This document shows, one piece after another, positions 51,045 to 61,800 of a stretch of 64,000 nucleotides of DNA. The notes beneath the pieces were generated by a model. That model was not told where the DNA came from. It was given only the letters and a program-made list of their open reading frames with translations, and searched no databases. Within the stretch, counting starts at the first letter, position 1; the number at the start of each line of letters is the position of its first letter. The stretch lies in contig CAVTRY010000007.1 of NCBI GenBank assembly GCA_963737265.1, positions 160,001 through 224,000 of the forward strand, read 5' to 3'. The position numbers were made by a program, and so were the translations under genes. The DNA comes from an uncultured delta proteobacterium (GTDB lineage Bacteria; Myxococcota_A; Polyangia; Fen-1088).

Positions 51045-52049
51045 TTAGATTCCCATCGGCGCGCCGTCGCTTTCCAGGGATTTCTGGGCTGCTTCGAGGA
51101 TGCGCACCACGCGCATTGCGGATTGTCCGTCGGTGATGGGCCGCTTGCCCTCGGCTATGCACTCGACGAAATGCCGGCACTCGCGCTCCAGCGGCTCGAC
51201 CATGGGAATCTGCGGGATATGGATGTCGCCATTGCGAATCGACAGAAATTGCGCGTATTCGGTGAACGACTGGGGCCGGTCCACGCCTTTGTCGTAGACG
51301 CGAAGCTTTTCCACGGGATGAACGTCATCGAACTCGACCATCTTTTGCGAACCTACGATGGTCAAGCGGCGCTCTTTGCGTGGATCGAGCCACGACACTT
51401 GAATTTGCGCGCTGACGCCGCTGCGAAAGCGCAGGTTCACGAAGACAACGTCCTCGATTCGGCTTTGCAGATAGGTGCCGCCGCGCGCGCTCACGGACTC
51501 GGGCTCGTCGGCAAGCAGATACTCGATCATCGCCACATCATGCGGAGCCAAGCTCCACAGGGCGTTCTCGTCCTGACGAACGCGGCCGAGATTCACCCGC
51601 ACGGCGTAGATATAGTAGATGCGCCCGAGCTCGCCGCTGTCGATCATGGCTTTCAGGCGCTCGACCGCGGGATGGAAGAGCATCAAGTGCCCGACCATCA
51701 GAACGCGCTTGTGGGTCTCCGCGGCCAGGACCACGGTGTGCGCGTCGGCGGCGTCGAGCGCCAGCGGCTTTTCCACCAAGACGTGCTTGCCGGCGTTCAG
51801 CACCCGGCGCGCCTGGGTGGCGTGATCCTTGGCCGGGGTCGCCAACACGACCGCATCCACGTCGCCCGCCGCGAGCGCGTCTTCCAGATCGTTTTCCAGA
51901 CGGGCGCGCGGAGCGATGGTGCGTGCCCGCTCCTTGGCGAGCTCGGCCGGGTCGCACACCATGACCAGCTCGGCTCCTTGCGTGCGACTTATGGCACGCA
52001 CGTGGTTGATGCCCCACGCGCCAGCTCCTACGACGGCGATGCGAACCAT
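51045..52049 (-). CDS. Gfo/Idh/MocA oxidoreductase (WbpB/WlbA-like)
   Basis: 'VVGAGAWG', 'HVLVEKP', 'WSLAPHD'; in an operon with a DegT aminotransferase and an acetyltransferase. Confidence 0.85.
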   Translation of the reverse strand: MVRIAVVGAGAWGINHVRAISRTQGAELVMVCDPAELAKERARTIAPRARLENDLEDALAAGDVDAVVLATPAKDHATQARRVLNAGKHVLVEKPLALDAADAHTVVLAAETHKRVLMVGHLMLFHPAVERLKAMIDSGELGRIYYIYAVRVNLGRVRQDENALWSLAPHDVAMIEYLLADEPESVSARGGTYLQSRIEDVVFVNLRFRSGVSAQIQVSWLDPRKERRLTIVGSQKMVEFDDVHPVEKLRVYDKGVDRPQSFTEYAQFLSIRNGDIHIPQIPMVEPLERECRHFVECIAEGKRPITDGQSAMRVVRILEAAQKSLESDGAPMGI

Positions 52050-52050
52050 G

Positions 52051-53130
52051 TCAGCTCCTTTGGCGATAGAAGGCGGCGATTTGTTCGACCACATAGGCCT
52101 GCTGGGTGGAGGTTAGCTCGGCGTAGATGGGCAGAGCCAACACTTCCTGCGTGGCACGCTCGGCATGGGGAAAAGCACCCTGTCTGTACCCGAGTTCGAC
52201 GAAACAAGGTTGCAAGTGCAGCGCGAGAGGATAGTAAACCTCGGTTCCCACGCCGTTCTTGGTCAAGAACTCGCGCAAGCCATCGCGCAGCGGAGCGCGA
52301 ATGACGAACTGGTTGTAGATGTGGCCCGGGACGTCCGCGGGCAGGATCAGGTCGGACGGAATGCCGGCGGTCGCCGCGAATAGCCGCCGGTAGCGCTCGG
52401 CATTCGCGCGGCGGCTCGCGGTCCAATCGGGAAGTCTCGCCAGCTTCACGCGCAGGATGGCGGCCTGCAGGGCGTCTAGCCGAAAGTTGCCGCCGACCTT
52501 GTAATGGATGTATTTGGGCCGACTGCCGTGCGCCCGCAGGATCGCGACTTGGTTGGCGAAGCTCTCGTCGTCGGTCAGCAGCGCGCCGCCGTCGCCCAAT
52601 GCGCCCAGGTTCTTCGACGGGAAGAACGACAGGCAACTGGCAAGGCCCGCCACTTTGCAAGCGCCAATCGCTTGCGCTGCGTCTTCGACTGCGGGGACGG
52701 CCAAGTCGGGCACGGTAGCCGGACGGCCGAAGAGATGGACGGGGATGATCGCTCGGGATTTCGCCCCGCACGCGGCCGCTGCGGCCCGCGGATCGAGATT
52801 GAAGGATTCGGGGTCGATATCGGCGAACGCCGGCCGCGCACCCAAGCGCGCGATGCAACCGACGGTGGCATAAAAAGAAAAGGGTGTTGTCACCACCTCG
52901 TCGCCGATACCAACCCCAAGCGCCATGAGCGCGACCAGCAGGGCATCGCTTCCGGACGACACCCCGACCGCACGCCGGACCCCGAGCGCGAACGCGAGTT
53001 CTCGTTCGAAGGCCTCGACCTCGGGTCCGAGGATAAACGCGCCGCCATCCACCACGCGAGCGATGGCAGCCAGGATCGCCTCGCGCAGCGGTGCGTTCTG
53101 CGCCTTGACGTCGAGCAGGGGTACCTTCAT
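52051..53130 (-). CDS. DegT/DnrJ sugar aminotransferase (WbpE-like)
   Basis: 'FILGPEV', 'EDAAQAIG', 'SFFPSKNLG'. Confidence 0.92.
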   Translation of the reverse strand: MKVPLLDVKAQNAPLREAILAAIARVVDGGAFILGPEVEAFERELAFALGVRRAVGVSSGSDALLVALMALGVGIGDEVVTTPFSFYATVGCIARLGARPAFADIDPESFNLDPRAAAAACGAKSRAIIPVHLFGRPATVPDLAVPAVEDAAQAIGACKVAGLASCLSFFPSKNLGALGDGGALLTDDESFANQVAILRAHGSRPKYIHYKVGGNFRLDALQAAILRVKLARLPDWTASRRANAERYRRLFAATAGIPSDLILPADVPGHIYNQFVIRAPLRDGLREFLTKNGVGTEVYYPLALHLQPCFVELGYRQGAFPHAERATQEVLALPIYAELTSTQQAYVVEQIAAFYRQRS

Positions 53131-53134
53131 CGCT

Positions 53135-53764
53135 TCATCGTGCCCCCGGCGTTAACGTCTTGTCGCCCACCGAGGAGAGAGTCTCACGGTACTTCTGGCC
53201 GCAGGATGCACAAGCCAGGACGGCTTCTGCGGTGTCTGCCAGGCGCATTCCGCAACGGCACATCCACCCCACCACGCGGCCTGGTACGCCGACCACGAGA
53301 GCGTAGGCTGGAACGTCCCTGGTCACGACTGCTCCCGCGCCGATGAAGGCATAGTCGCCGATGCAGTGGCCACACACCACGGTGGCATTAGCACCGATGG
53401 ACGCACCTCGCCCGACGCGGGTGGCTCGGTATTCGGCCTTGCGTTCGATGAAGGCGCGCGGATTGACGACGTTGGTGAAGACCACCGAGGGTGCGACGAA
53501 TACGTCGTCCTCGAGCACAACATCATCGTAGAGCGACACGTTGTTCTGGATCTTGCAGCCGTCACCCACCACGGCGCGCCCAGCCACGAAGACATTCTGG
53601 CCCAGCACACAGCGTGCGCCAATGCGCGCCCCGGCCATCACATGGCAGAAATGCCAGACGCGCGTGCCGTCGCCGATGTGGGCCGGCTGGTCAACGACGG
53701 CTGTCTCGTGAGCCCAATAGCCGGTGCGGCTGCGGACGTTGGATGGCGACCTTGGCTCGGCCAT
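53135..53764 (-). CDS. Hexapeptide-repeat N-acetyltransferase (WbpD-like)
   Basis: 'WHFCHV', 'GQNVFV', 'KIQNNVS', 'VFTNVVNPR'. Confidence 0.9.
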   Translation of the reverse strand: MAEPRSPSNVRSRTGYWAHETAVVDQPAHIGDGTRVWHFCHVMAGARIGARCVLGQNVFVAGRAVVGDGCKIQNNVSLYDDVVLEDDVFVAPSVVFTNVVNPRAFIERKAEYRATRVGRGASIGANATVVCGHCIGDYAFIGAGAVVTRDVPAYALVVGVPGRVVGWMCRCGMRLADTAEAVLACASCGQKYRETLSSVGDKTLTPGAR

Positions 53765-53829
53765 GGATTGCCATAGTACACCAGCAAGAGGCGCGCTCGC
53801 ACCGAACGGCGGTTAAGCCTCGGGCTGAG

Positions 53830-55146
53830 CTAATAGACGACGCCGACGCGGAAAAGCAGGACGTGCTTGGCGTAGTCGATGCCGGCCGTTGCGTCGGCCG
53901 GGTTTGTGTCGGAGGATCGATTGAGGCTCAGCGTGTAGCTGGCCCCGGCGAGGAAGAAGTTGCCAATCATGTAGTCGATGGACACGCCGGCGATGATGTT
54001 GTTGTCGGTTCTGGAATTTGTCAGGTCGCTTCTAGGGGAGTTTGTCAGGCCGCTGCCAACAAAGCGACGGTTCTCGTAGCGGCCGTAGGCATAGGTCACG
54101 AACCGGCCGGCGATCATCTGGCGGTAGGCACCGTAGACCGCGTCCATGTTGTAGTACTGGCCCACGAACGGCGAGTTGGCGAAATCGTGGTGATAGCCAA
54201 TCCCCGCTTGGGAAAGGATCGACATGTTGTAGTTCAGCTCGGTGACGACTCCGACGCCGCTTGGACTTGCGCCGGATGAATAGAATGCGTTGCTATAGCC
54301 GGCCGCGATGTTCACTGCCAGCTTCCCGGTTAAAAGACCGCGCAGACCGAGAAGAGTCCTCAAGGGAAAAGATGAAGTGCCGGTTCCACCGTTGATATAG
54401 GTGACCGCGCCCTGCGCGACCTGAACGTAGATCGAGGTCTTGGGCAACCAACGCCAGCCTATGTCCAGCACGCCTTCGTTCCCCATATTGCTGCCCCTGG
54501 CGTAGGTGCTGCCTTCGTAGTTGTCGATGAGGTTCGAGTAGCGAAGCATGACTCGGAGCCGCCCGCCCCCGGGAGCGAACCTAAGGCTGGCCGACGCCAT
54601 GTTGTCGTCGCGGATGATGGGCGAGCCGCTGGTGTAGGGTGCCTGCTCGTAGCGGCTGAAGGCATCCGAGAGCGATAGGCTCAGCGCCTGCCCCGACGAA
54701 AACTCGACGGTACCGCCGGCGCTGGGGTTGAGCGCGTTCTGTGCTTGGATATCGGGAGCGCTGGTAAGGTACTCGCGCCAGTCGACCGATGCGTTGAGGT
54801 TGTAGTACGTTCCGGACGGGATGCTTCCGTCGCGCTCGGCGTTGGTAAGCTCAAGCCGAGGAGTTACGTGCAGGACCGGAGCTGCCCGTGGGTCGGTGCT
54901 GTAGAACACGTTGCTGTCGTAGCCTATGTCAGCGAACACGCCCGCGTGCAAGATGACGTCTTCGCCAAGCTTGAGCCCGGAGGCCAGCCCCCTCGTCGTC
55001 AAAGAGCGACCGGCGCCCGCTGCCATCGACTCCAAGGCCGGGCCGGTGGAGCTGGTCATCTGCATCTGCGCCCACGCCAGCGGACTTGCCAAGATGGCAA
55101 AGGAGATGGCAAAGGTAAAGGCAAGTACAAGTGGCCGTGGTCGCAT
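53830..55146 (-). CDS. Outer-membrane beta-barrel protein, possibly a polysaccharide-export porin
   Basis: Signal peptide, 'GYDSNVF', many amphipathic strands, terminal Tyr. Confidence 0.7.
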   Translation of the reverse strand: MRPRPLVLAFTFAISFAILASPLAWAQMQMTSSTGPALESMAAGAGRSLTTRGLASGLKLGEDVILHAGVFADIGYDSNVFYSTDPRAAPVLHVTPRLELTNAERDGSIPSGTYYNLNASVDWREYLTSAPDIQAQNALNPSAGGTVEFSSGQALSLSLSDAFSRYEQAPYTSGSPIIRDDNMASASLRFAPGGGRLRVMLRYSNLIDNYEGSTYARGSNMGNEGVLDIGWRWLPKTSIYVQVAQGAVTYINGGTGTSSFPLRTLLGLRGLLTGKLAVNIAAGYSNAFYSSGASPSGVGVVTELNYNMSILSQAGIGYHHDFANSPFVGQYYNMDAVYGAYRQMIAGRFVTYAYGRYENRRFVGSGLTNSPRSDLTNSRTDNNIIAGVSIDYMIGNFFLAGASYTLSLNRSSDTNPADATAGIDYAKHVLLFRVGVVY

Positions 55147-55215
55147 GGATTCTCGTCTTAAGTATAGCGGGCGCCGCGCATGTCCGTGTCAGTCAAGTTC
55201 GTTCAGGCGTTCGGG

Positions 55216-55800
55216 TTAGGGGAGACCTGACGGACTCGAGGGTGGTGGTCGATCGACGATGGCGACCGGCGGTTCGGCTGGCGGGGGCTGATCCACAGTT
55301 TCCTGCAGGCCGGGAGGCGCTTCGACAACGACCTTCGTGGGCCCGACGTAGTTGGTTTCCGCCCCGACGCAGCCGTCGGCTTCGGCTCTAAGTACTTGCG
55401 CCTTCTGGTTTATGATCGTGACACGTGTGTACTCATGTAACTCGGCGCTTTCGTCGCGACGAGCGATGCATTCCTGCAGGCCTTGTAGCGCTTGATCCAT
55501 CATGTTGCCGTTGACCTTCACCTGGGTCAGCTTGTCGAGCAGGCAGTTCAGACGGATGACGTCTTGGTCCTTTTTGGCGGCCTCGACCTGGGTCTGCACC
55601 TGGAGCGTGATGGTCTCGATTTGTTTGCGGTACTCACGTCCCTGGCCAAGCATTGCATCCGGGCTGATGGTCGACTTTTGGGGAATTGACAGATCTACAG
55701 CGGCGGGTGCGTTGTCCGACACATCCCCGCTCGCAGGCGCGGCCAGCGCAACCGGCGCCGCCAGAAGGATTAGCCACGTGACTCTGAACACCCTAAGCAT
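55216..55800 (-). CDS. Exported helical hypothetical protein
   Basis: Signal peptide; 'DVIRLNCLLDKL..EADGCVG' with a Pro-rich tail. Confidence 0.6.
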   Translation of the reverse strand: MLRVFRVTWLILLAAPVALAAPASGDVSDNAPAAVDLSIPQKSTISPDAMLGQGREYRKQIETITLQVQTQVEAAKKDQDVIRLNCLLDKLTQVKVNGNMMDQALQGLQECIARRDESAELHEYTRVTIINQKAQVLRAEADGCVGAETNYVGPTKVVVEAPPGLQETVDQPPPAEPPVAIVDRPPPSSPSGLP

Positions 55801-55921
55801 GTTGGACCTCACGGACATTGGAAACACGCACCGATCATGACGCGTCGGCTCGCAGGATTGTGATGTGGAACAGAGGAAATATATGGCCCGGCTAAACGAT
55901 GTGTCAACCTCGCGGGCGAAA

Positions 55922-57322
55922 TCATTGGGATGCCTGAAAGACAAATGGGTAGACGACCTCGACAGAGCCACCCGACGGTGCCGGGAAGCGCCAACGCAAA
56001 ACGAGACTCTTGATGCATGAAGACACCTCAGAATCCCCCATGCTGTCTTCTTCGATATCGACGCTTGAAACCGTGCCAGCGGCGGTGATCGTCCAACGCA
56101 CCTTGACCTTGCCGCTTAGATTGGGATTGCGCTTGAGCGCGCGCTCGTAACAGGCCTTGATGGCGCCGATGCGCGCGCGTACCTCTTTGGAAACAAGCGA
56201 CGGATCGAGCTCGCCGTCCACCGCCGGGGCCTCGCTCTTGACGATGCCGCTGACGCGTTTTTCCGTCGAGCCAGCGCCGGTATCGCCGCCCGCAATCGAG
56301 CCCGCGCCGCGCAGCCCCGAGATATTCGCCACCTTGCCCGTTCCGCCGGTACCCGTCTTCACGCCACGCAACGACGCATCGCTGGTGGCCACGGTAAGGC
56401 CGCCAACTCCCTGGAAGGCCTTTTCCTGGTCCCGGTCCACGTCGCCTTTTCCAAGTACGTCCGCGATAGAACCTGACCCATCGGCTTTTGCCCCGAGCAG
56501 CTTGAGGATTCCAGTGTTGCGCACCTGTTCGGCGAGACGCGCGCGACGCTCGGCATCGAGCCGAGCTTTTTCCTCGGCGGAGATCTCCTTCTTGGGCGCC
56601 TTGTTTGCCGCCGTCGCCGCGGACTTCTTCTCTATCTTCGCCTCGTCTTCTTTCTTATCGTCATCTTTGGTCGCCGTTTCCTTGGGCGGTTCGGGCGGCT
56701 TGGCCTTGATCACCATTTGCACGAAGCGATCGGGGATCTCCTCGATGTCCGGCTTGCGTGGCCAGTCCACGCTGCGCAGGTAGATGACAAACACGAGATG
56801 CGCCAAGAACGAGACCGACGCGATGCTCGTGTATACCCAGTCCATGCCGGTGAAGAGCGAACCGCGCACCGAGGCCGGGAGTTGGGGCCGGGGTTGCGGC
56901 GGTGGCGGGGTAACGAATTGGAACAAGATAGTCAGGTCGCCGATTGTGACCTTGCCGCGCGATCGCTCGTCGAGCACGTAGAGAGAGCTCGACCCTTGTT
57001 TGCGCAGACGCCCCGCCTGCTTGAGTTGAGCTAGCGAGATGACCTCGTTGCCGACCGCGATGCGGGCATCCATGCCATCGGCGAAACGGGCGATGTAGCC
57101 GCGGGCATTCACCTCGAACAGCAACCATTGCTTGGGCAGCGACTCCGAGGGAACGGCGAAGGTCGCTTTGGCGGACCATCCAATCGAGATGTTCTCACGC
57201 TTCCTGATGAGACGTTCTTCGACGATCCGGCCGCCTTGGACGATCCCAATGCGGAGGATGCGGGACCTCGGGGCAGCAGTGCCGCCTGTCCTCGATGCCG
57301 TGGCCCCTTTCTGCGTTGCCAT
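55922..57322 (-). CDS. GltG/PglI-like protein with a TonB-like (AgmX/PglI) C-terminal domain
   Basis: N-terminal 'LRIGIVQGGRIVEER', single TM, 'IKACYERALK.NP.LSGK..WRFP..YPFVF'. Confidence 0.85.
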   Translation of the reverse strand: MATQKGATASRTGGTAAPRSRILRIGIVQGGRIVEERLIRKRENISIGWSAKATFAVPSESLPKQWLLFEVNARGYIARFADGMDARIAVGNEVISLAQLKQAGRLRKQGSSSLYVLDERSRGKVTIGDLTILFQFVTPPPPQPRPQLPASVRGSLFTGMDWVYTSIASVSFLAHLVFVIYLRSVDWPRKPDIEEIPDRFVQMVIKAKPPEPPKETATKDDDKKEDEAKIEKKSAATAANKAPKKEISAEEKARLDAERRARLAEQVRNTGILKLLGAKADGSGSIADVLGKGDVDRDQEKAFQGVGGLTVATSDASLRGVKTGTGGTGKVANISGLRGAGSIAGGDTGAGSTEKRVSGIVKSEAPAVDGELDPSLVSKEVRARIGAIKACYERALKRNPNLSGKVKVRWTITAAGTVSSVDIEEDSMGDSEVSSCIKSLVLRWRFPAPSGGSVEVVYPFVFQASQ

Positions 57323-57350
57323 TGAATCGTTCCCTCGTTGGTTAGTCCGC

Positions 57351-57740
57351 CTAGAACGGCGCTTTCGTCACACTGTCCAGGATCTTGGGCACAAACTCTT
57401 GTTTGAGCTCGTGCCAGTCGTAGTTAATGCCGGATTTCTGGAGCACGTAGAATGCTTCGGGTTTCTGGATTTTCCCCTCGATGACGATCTCACCCTCGAT
57501 CTTGTAAATCTTCTTGCCACCCGCGCCGCGCTCCACCTTCACCTTGGTTGCCTGACTGTCGGCGTCACCCGGAGCCGCCGCGGCGGCCGATTCCGGCTTC
57601 ACCGGCTCGGCCTTGACCGGAATCTCCGCCGACGGATTCTTCTGGGGCTGGGCCAAGGCGGCAGAAATAAGGCCGACCAACGCCACGCAGCCGAGCAGAG
57701 CGGGAACCAGCCGAAGCTTGAGAAAGAAATGCGTACTCAT
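57351..57740 (-). CDS. GltF/CglF-like protein
   Basis: Signal peptide and 'IEGKIQKPEAFYVLQKS'; position between gltE-like and gltG-like genes. Confidence 0.75.
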   Translation of the reverse strand: MSTHFFLKLRLVPALLGCVALVGLISAALAQPQKNPSAEIPVKAEPVKPESAAAAAPGDADSQATKVKVERGAGGKKIYKIEGEIVIEGKIQKPEAFYVLQKSGINYDWHELKQEFVPKILDSVTKAPF

Positions 57741-58828
57741 GGGCTTCTCGGGCCGCTTGGTTGCGTGGACGGGCGAGGAGGGGGTGCTGCGGGCCAGCCC
57801 GGAGGCGCAGCCGCGGGAGAACCAGCGGCAGGCTCCGGCGCCGAAACGGGTCCTGGCGCCGCGGGCGTACCTGAGGCAGGGGCACCCGGCGCGGGCGGTT
57901 TCTTGGCGTCATCCGCAACCTTCTTGGCCGCGCGTTGGCGATCCCGCTCTTCTTGCTTCTTCTGGCGCTCGATGCGCTTCTGTTCCTTCTTGATGCCTTC
58001 CTGCGCCTCGTTTAGGTAGACGTCTACCTCCGGCGGCACCATCTGACCCACACCCGTCAGCATCTGTTTGTACTGCTGCAAATAGGACATAGCGGCATTG
58101 AGCCTGGCCGTGGTGTCCATGTCGGGCATCTTTTCGGCGTCGAGATGGAGGATGCCGAGGTTGAACACCGCGTCCGCGTAGCGCGGGAAGAGCGCCAGGG
58201 CTTGCTTGTATTCCGACAATGCCCTCTCGTATTGCTTGACCCCGCGGTACGCGCTGCCGAGATTCATGTGCGCCTTGGTGAAGGTCGGCTGAAGCTGGAC
58301 CGCCTTCTCCAGCACCGGCACGGCTTCGCGGTAGTTTTTAACCACCAAGTATTGCGCGCCCAGGTTGTTCCACATGATGGCGTTGTCGGGCCGGGCTTCA
58401 GCCGTCTTTTTGAAAAGCTCGATGGCGCCGGGCGTGTTGTTCTTCTCGACCTCCATGAAAGCGAGCATCTGATAAATCTCGGAACGTTCCGCTTCGCGCG
58501 CGCCGGCGTTCTTCATCATGTCGCCCAGGGTCTTCACCCACTCGTACTTGCCGAGCTTGAAATAGGCCTTGGCCATCACCAGCATGGCGGGCGTAAAGCG
58601 CTCGTTCTTGTTGAGCGCGGCCTTGGCCTGGACCACGGCGCCCTGATAGTTGCGGGCGTCGTACATTTTCTGCGCGGCCATGACCTCGTCGGTGGGAAGC
58701 ACGGCAGGCGGCGGCTCGCGGCGCTTGCGCACCCCAGCAGGGGCTGGCGCCTCGGTCGCGACACCCGTCGCGGGCCAGCCAATGCCTCCGACGAGAAACA
58801 GAGCGAGAAGCGTGTGCCGTCTCATCAT
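57737..58828 (-). CDS. GltE/AglT-like TPR protein
   Basis: TPR repeats (WNNLG, HMNLG, FNLG); synteny. Confidence 0.75.
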   Translation of the reverse strand: MMRRHTLLALFLVGGIGWPATGVATEAPAPAGVRKRREPPPAVLPTDEVMAAQKMYDARNYQGAVVQAKAALNKNERFTPAMLVMAKAYFKLGKYEWVKTLGDMMKNAGAREAERSEIYQMLAFMEVEKNNTPGAIELFKKTAEARPDNAIMWNNLGAQYLVVKNYREAVPVLEKAVQLQPTFTKAHMNLGSAYRGVKQYERALSEYKQALALFPRYADAVFNLGILHLDAEKMPDMDTTARLNAAMSYLQQYKQMLTGVGQMVPPEVDVYLNEAQEGIKKEQKRIERQKKQEERDRQRAAKKVADDAKKPPAPGAPASGTPAAPGPVSAPEPAAGSPAAAPPGWPAAPPPRPSTQPSGPRSP

Positions 58829-61800
58829 GGGTACTCCACGCCGATGTGCTCATCCTTGATGAAGGGGAATTCGTCGGGTAGGTACTTAGACAGGTTCTCC
58901 CGCGCCTTTTTCACGTAGTCGTTGGTCACGCCGAGATCCGACGCCCGTTGCAGGGTCGCCTTCCACTGTTTCTTGGCCTCGTCTTCCACGGGCGTGACGA
59001 ATTGGTAGATGGCGTCCTTGTATTCGGTCTCGGCCACGCCACACAAATTCGGGTCGACCTTGCAGGCCTTCTTGGACAGCTTCTTGACCTCCTCGGGGGG
59101 GTTGTCGGCGGCCTTGATCAGCTTCTGTGCGAACTCATAAAAGATGTCGCCGCGCCGGAGAAACGAGGCCAGCGTCCAGTTGGCATCCTTGTAGTCCCAA
59201 ATCTTGGCGTACTCCTCTTGAAGCTGCTTGGCCTCCTCGGTGAACGTGTCGAAGACCTTGCGCACCTGCTTGGGGTCGCTGGTGAAGCGCAAACTCTTGG
59301 CCTGGAACGCCTTGAACTTGTCTTCAAGAATCAAGTAGTCCGCTTTCGCGGCGGCGGCGGCGGCGGGCGTCGCGGGCGGCAGTCTGCGCGCGATGAACTC
59401 GTCACGCACCTGCTTGTAGGCCGCCAGCACCGCACGTTTGTCCCGCCCCTGCTCGGCCAAAATGGCAAGCTGAAGGTAGGCTTTGACGACGTACTCACCC
59501 GCGGGCGGCTGCTTGCCATAGCGCTTGATGAGCTCGCGCAAGCAGGCGACCTGCTTGGCGGTGTCGAGCGCCTTTTCGTACGCCGTGCATGCGAACGCGA
59601 ATGCCTGGGCCGAGTCGGATGGCTTGTCGGCGATGTTGTCCGCGTACTTCTTGTAGAGGTCGGCGGCGCGCGGGTATTGCTGATCGTTGTCGAGAAGCTG
59701 GGCCGCGATCCCGAGCGCTTCCTTGCGGTGTTCGTACTTGGCGAACTTGGGATCGGTCGCCACCTTGAGGTAGCCGCCCACGGCTTTCTCGAACTCGAAA
59801 AAGCGGTACTGGTTGCGGGCCGCGTTCCAGACCGCATCCTTGGCCAGCAGCGAATCCGGATAGTCGCGCGCCAAGCGTTCGTAGCACCTGGTGGCCTCGC
59901 CATACTTGAAAATCTTCTCGTAGATCACGCAAGCGTTGTTCAGGTTGCTCGGCGCATCCTGATCCTTGGGATTGGCGGCGATGAGATCCATCAGGTCGAG
60001 CGCCAAGCCCTCATCGAGATCGGTCGCCGTCTTGCTGCGCGGCTGGCCCGCTCCCTTGCCGCCGCCGGCAACCTGCGCCGTGGTGGCGGTGCCGGTGACC
60101 ACGGCGATACCGCCCGCACCCTCGCGGCACTGGACCAACTGCTTGTCGGTGCCCTTCTCTTCGTTTTCGAGCGCGATATCGAGGCGCTTCTTGATGACGG
60201 TGGTCTTGACCGAAGCCTTGATGTCCTGGATGCGAGCAAGATACGGCTTGGCCAGCGGCGACTTGCTGCACGGCGAGTCGCCAAACTTCTCCACCACCTG
60301 AAGCAAGCGGCCGAGGGCGCAGTCCTTGGCCTCTTCGTTCTCGATGTTGAAGTCGATGAAATAGGTGGTCAGGATGGCGTCGTAGGCCTTGAAGCCGATT
60401 TCTGGGTTGGTGGCGCAGTAGGCATCGGAGATCTCCGCCAGGCGGGCGCGCGCCTCGGGCCACTGACGATGCTTGAGCAGGAGCACGGCCGAGGCGTAGC
60501 GCAAATCGGGCACGCGCTCGTCGGGCAGATTGGCGATGTACCAATCGAGCGCCTCCATGTACCTGGTGTATAGCTCGTGCATGGGCACGGGAAGCACCGG
60601 CGGCTTGGTGTTCGTTTCATCCGGGATGGGCGGATCCTCGATACGCCGTTCTCGCTTGAGCTTGTCGATGAGCTCTTCGTAGGCCTTGATGACCTGCAAA
60701 GCGGCATCCTTTTGGTACTGGTTGTCGATGTTGGAGTCGCGCACGGCGATGTAGGCGGGGATGGATTCCTGCACCTTGCCGCCGTAGTAGAGCGCATCGG
60801 CGAAAAATGCCGAGAAGGCGTAGGCGCGTTTCGAGTTGGGGTAGGCGGCGAGATATTTTTCGTAGAGCTCGGCCGCCGTTCGGTAGGTCTGCTGGCACTC
60901 GTCGAGTTTCTTGAAATCGGATGTGTTCTCCTGCCACTTCGACCGGCAGGCCTGCGCCGCCGCGTGCACGTTGGTCGCGGCCGTCAGCAAGGCGTCTTCG
61001 GCAAGCTGCGCGGCCACCGCCAGCGCTTCCTGGTTGCTCGCGTTTTGCCGGTACCACTCGCTGCCCTTGCTGTAGGTGCGGCCCAGGGTTTCGCGCTCCT
61101 TGGCCGCGGCGACGAGATTGCGATCGCGCTCGTAGGCCTTGACGATCTTCTCCTGCAACTTGGGCGCGTCCGCGAAGAACGGCCACTTCTGCAAGATGTC
61201 TTTGTAGACCGCGATGGCCTCGGCGTACTTGGTGGAGTCGAAATAGATGTCACCCAGACGCTGGAAAACTTCCTTGACGTGCGGCTCGCTCTCGCGGCCG
61301 TGATAAAAGCTCTGCGCTCGCTGCAGGCCAGTCTCCGGGTCAGGCAAGGTATCGCCGTCCCAATCGGGCTCCGAGAAGCTGATGCCAAGGTACTGCACGG
61401 CCTCGGGGCGCAGGTCGGAACCGAATTTGTCGCCCGCGGCTTTCTTGCTGTCGGCCCACTTGACCAAACCGTCGAATTCGCGAATGGCGTCGAGGAAACG
61501 GTTGTCCCGGTAGTAGGACCAGGCCAGTTTATAGATGGCCTTGTCGTAGTAGGACGAATCCTTGAACTGCAGCACGCGGCCGTAGGCCGAGATGGCGTAG
61601 GAAAGCTCGGCGGCATCGAAGTGCATTTCGCCAACACGGGTCCACGCCTCGGGCAGGAACTTGGAGTCCTTCTTAATCGGGGTGCAATCCTTGTAGTAGT
61701 CGATGACCGGGCCCTTGCCGAGGCCGGTGGCGGGCGCGCTCGGCGCCGGCGGATCGAGCGGCCTATACTGGTTGCTGCACACGAGCGCCAGCAAGGCCTG

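Noticed and set aside
54012-54056. Short duplication TTTGTCAGG(T/C)CGCT in the beta-barrel gene
   Set aside because: In-frame loop duplication (SGLTNS/SDLTNS), only two copies
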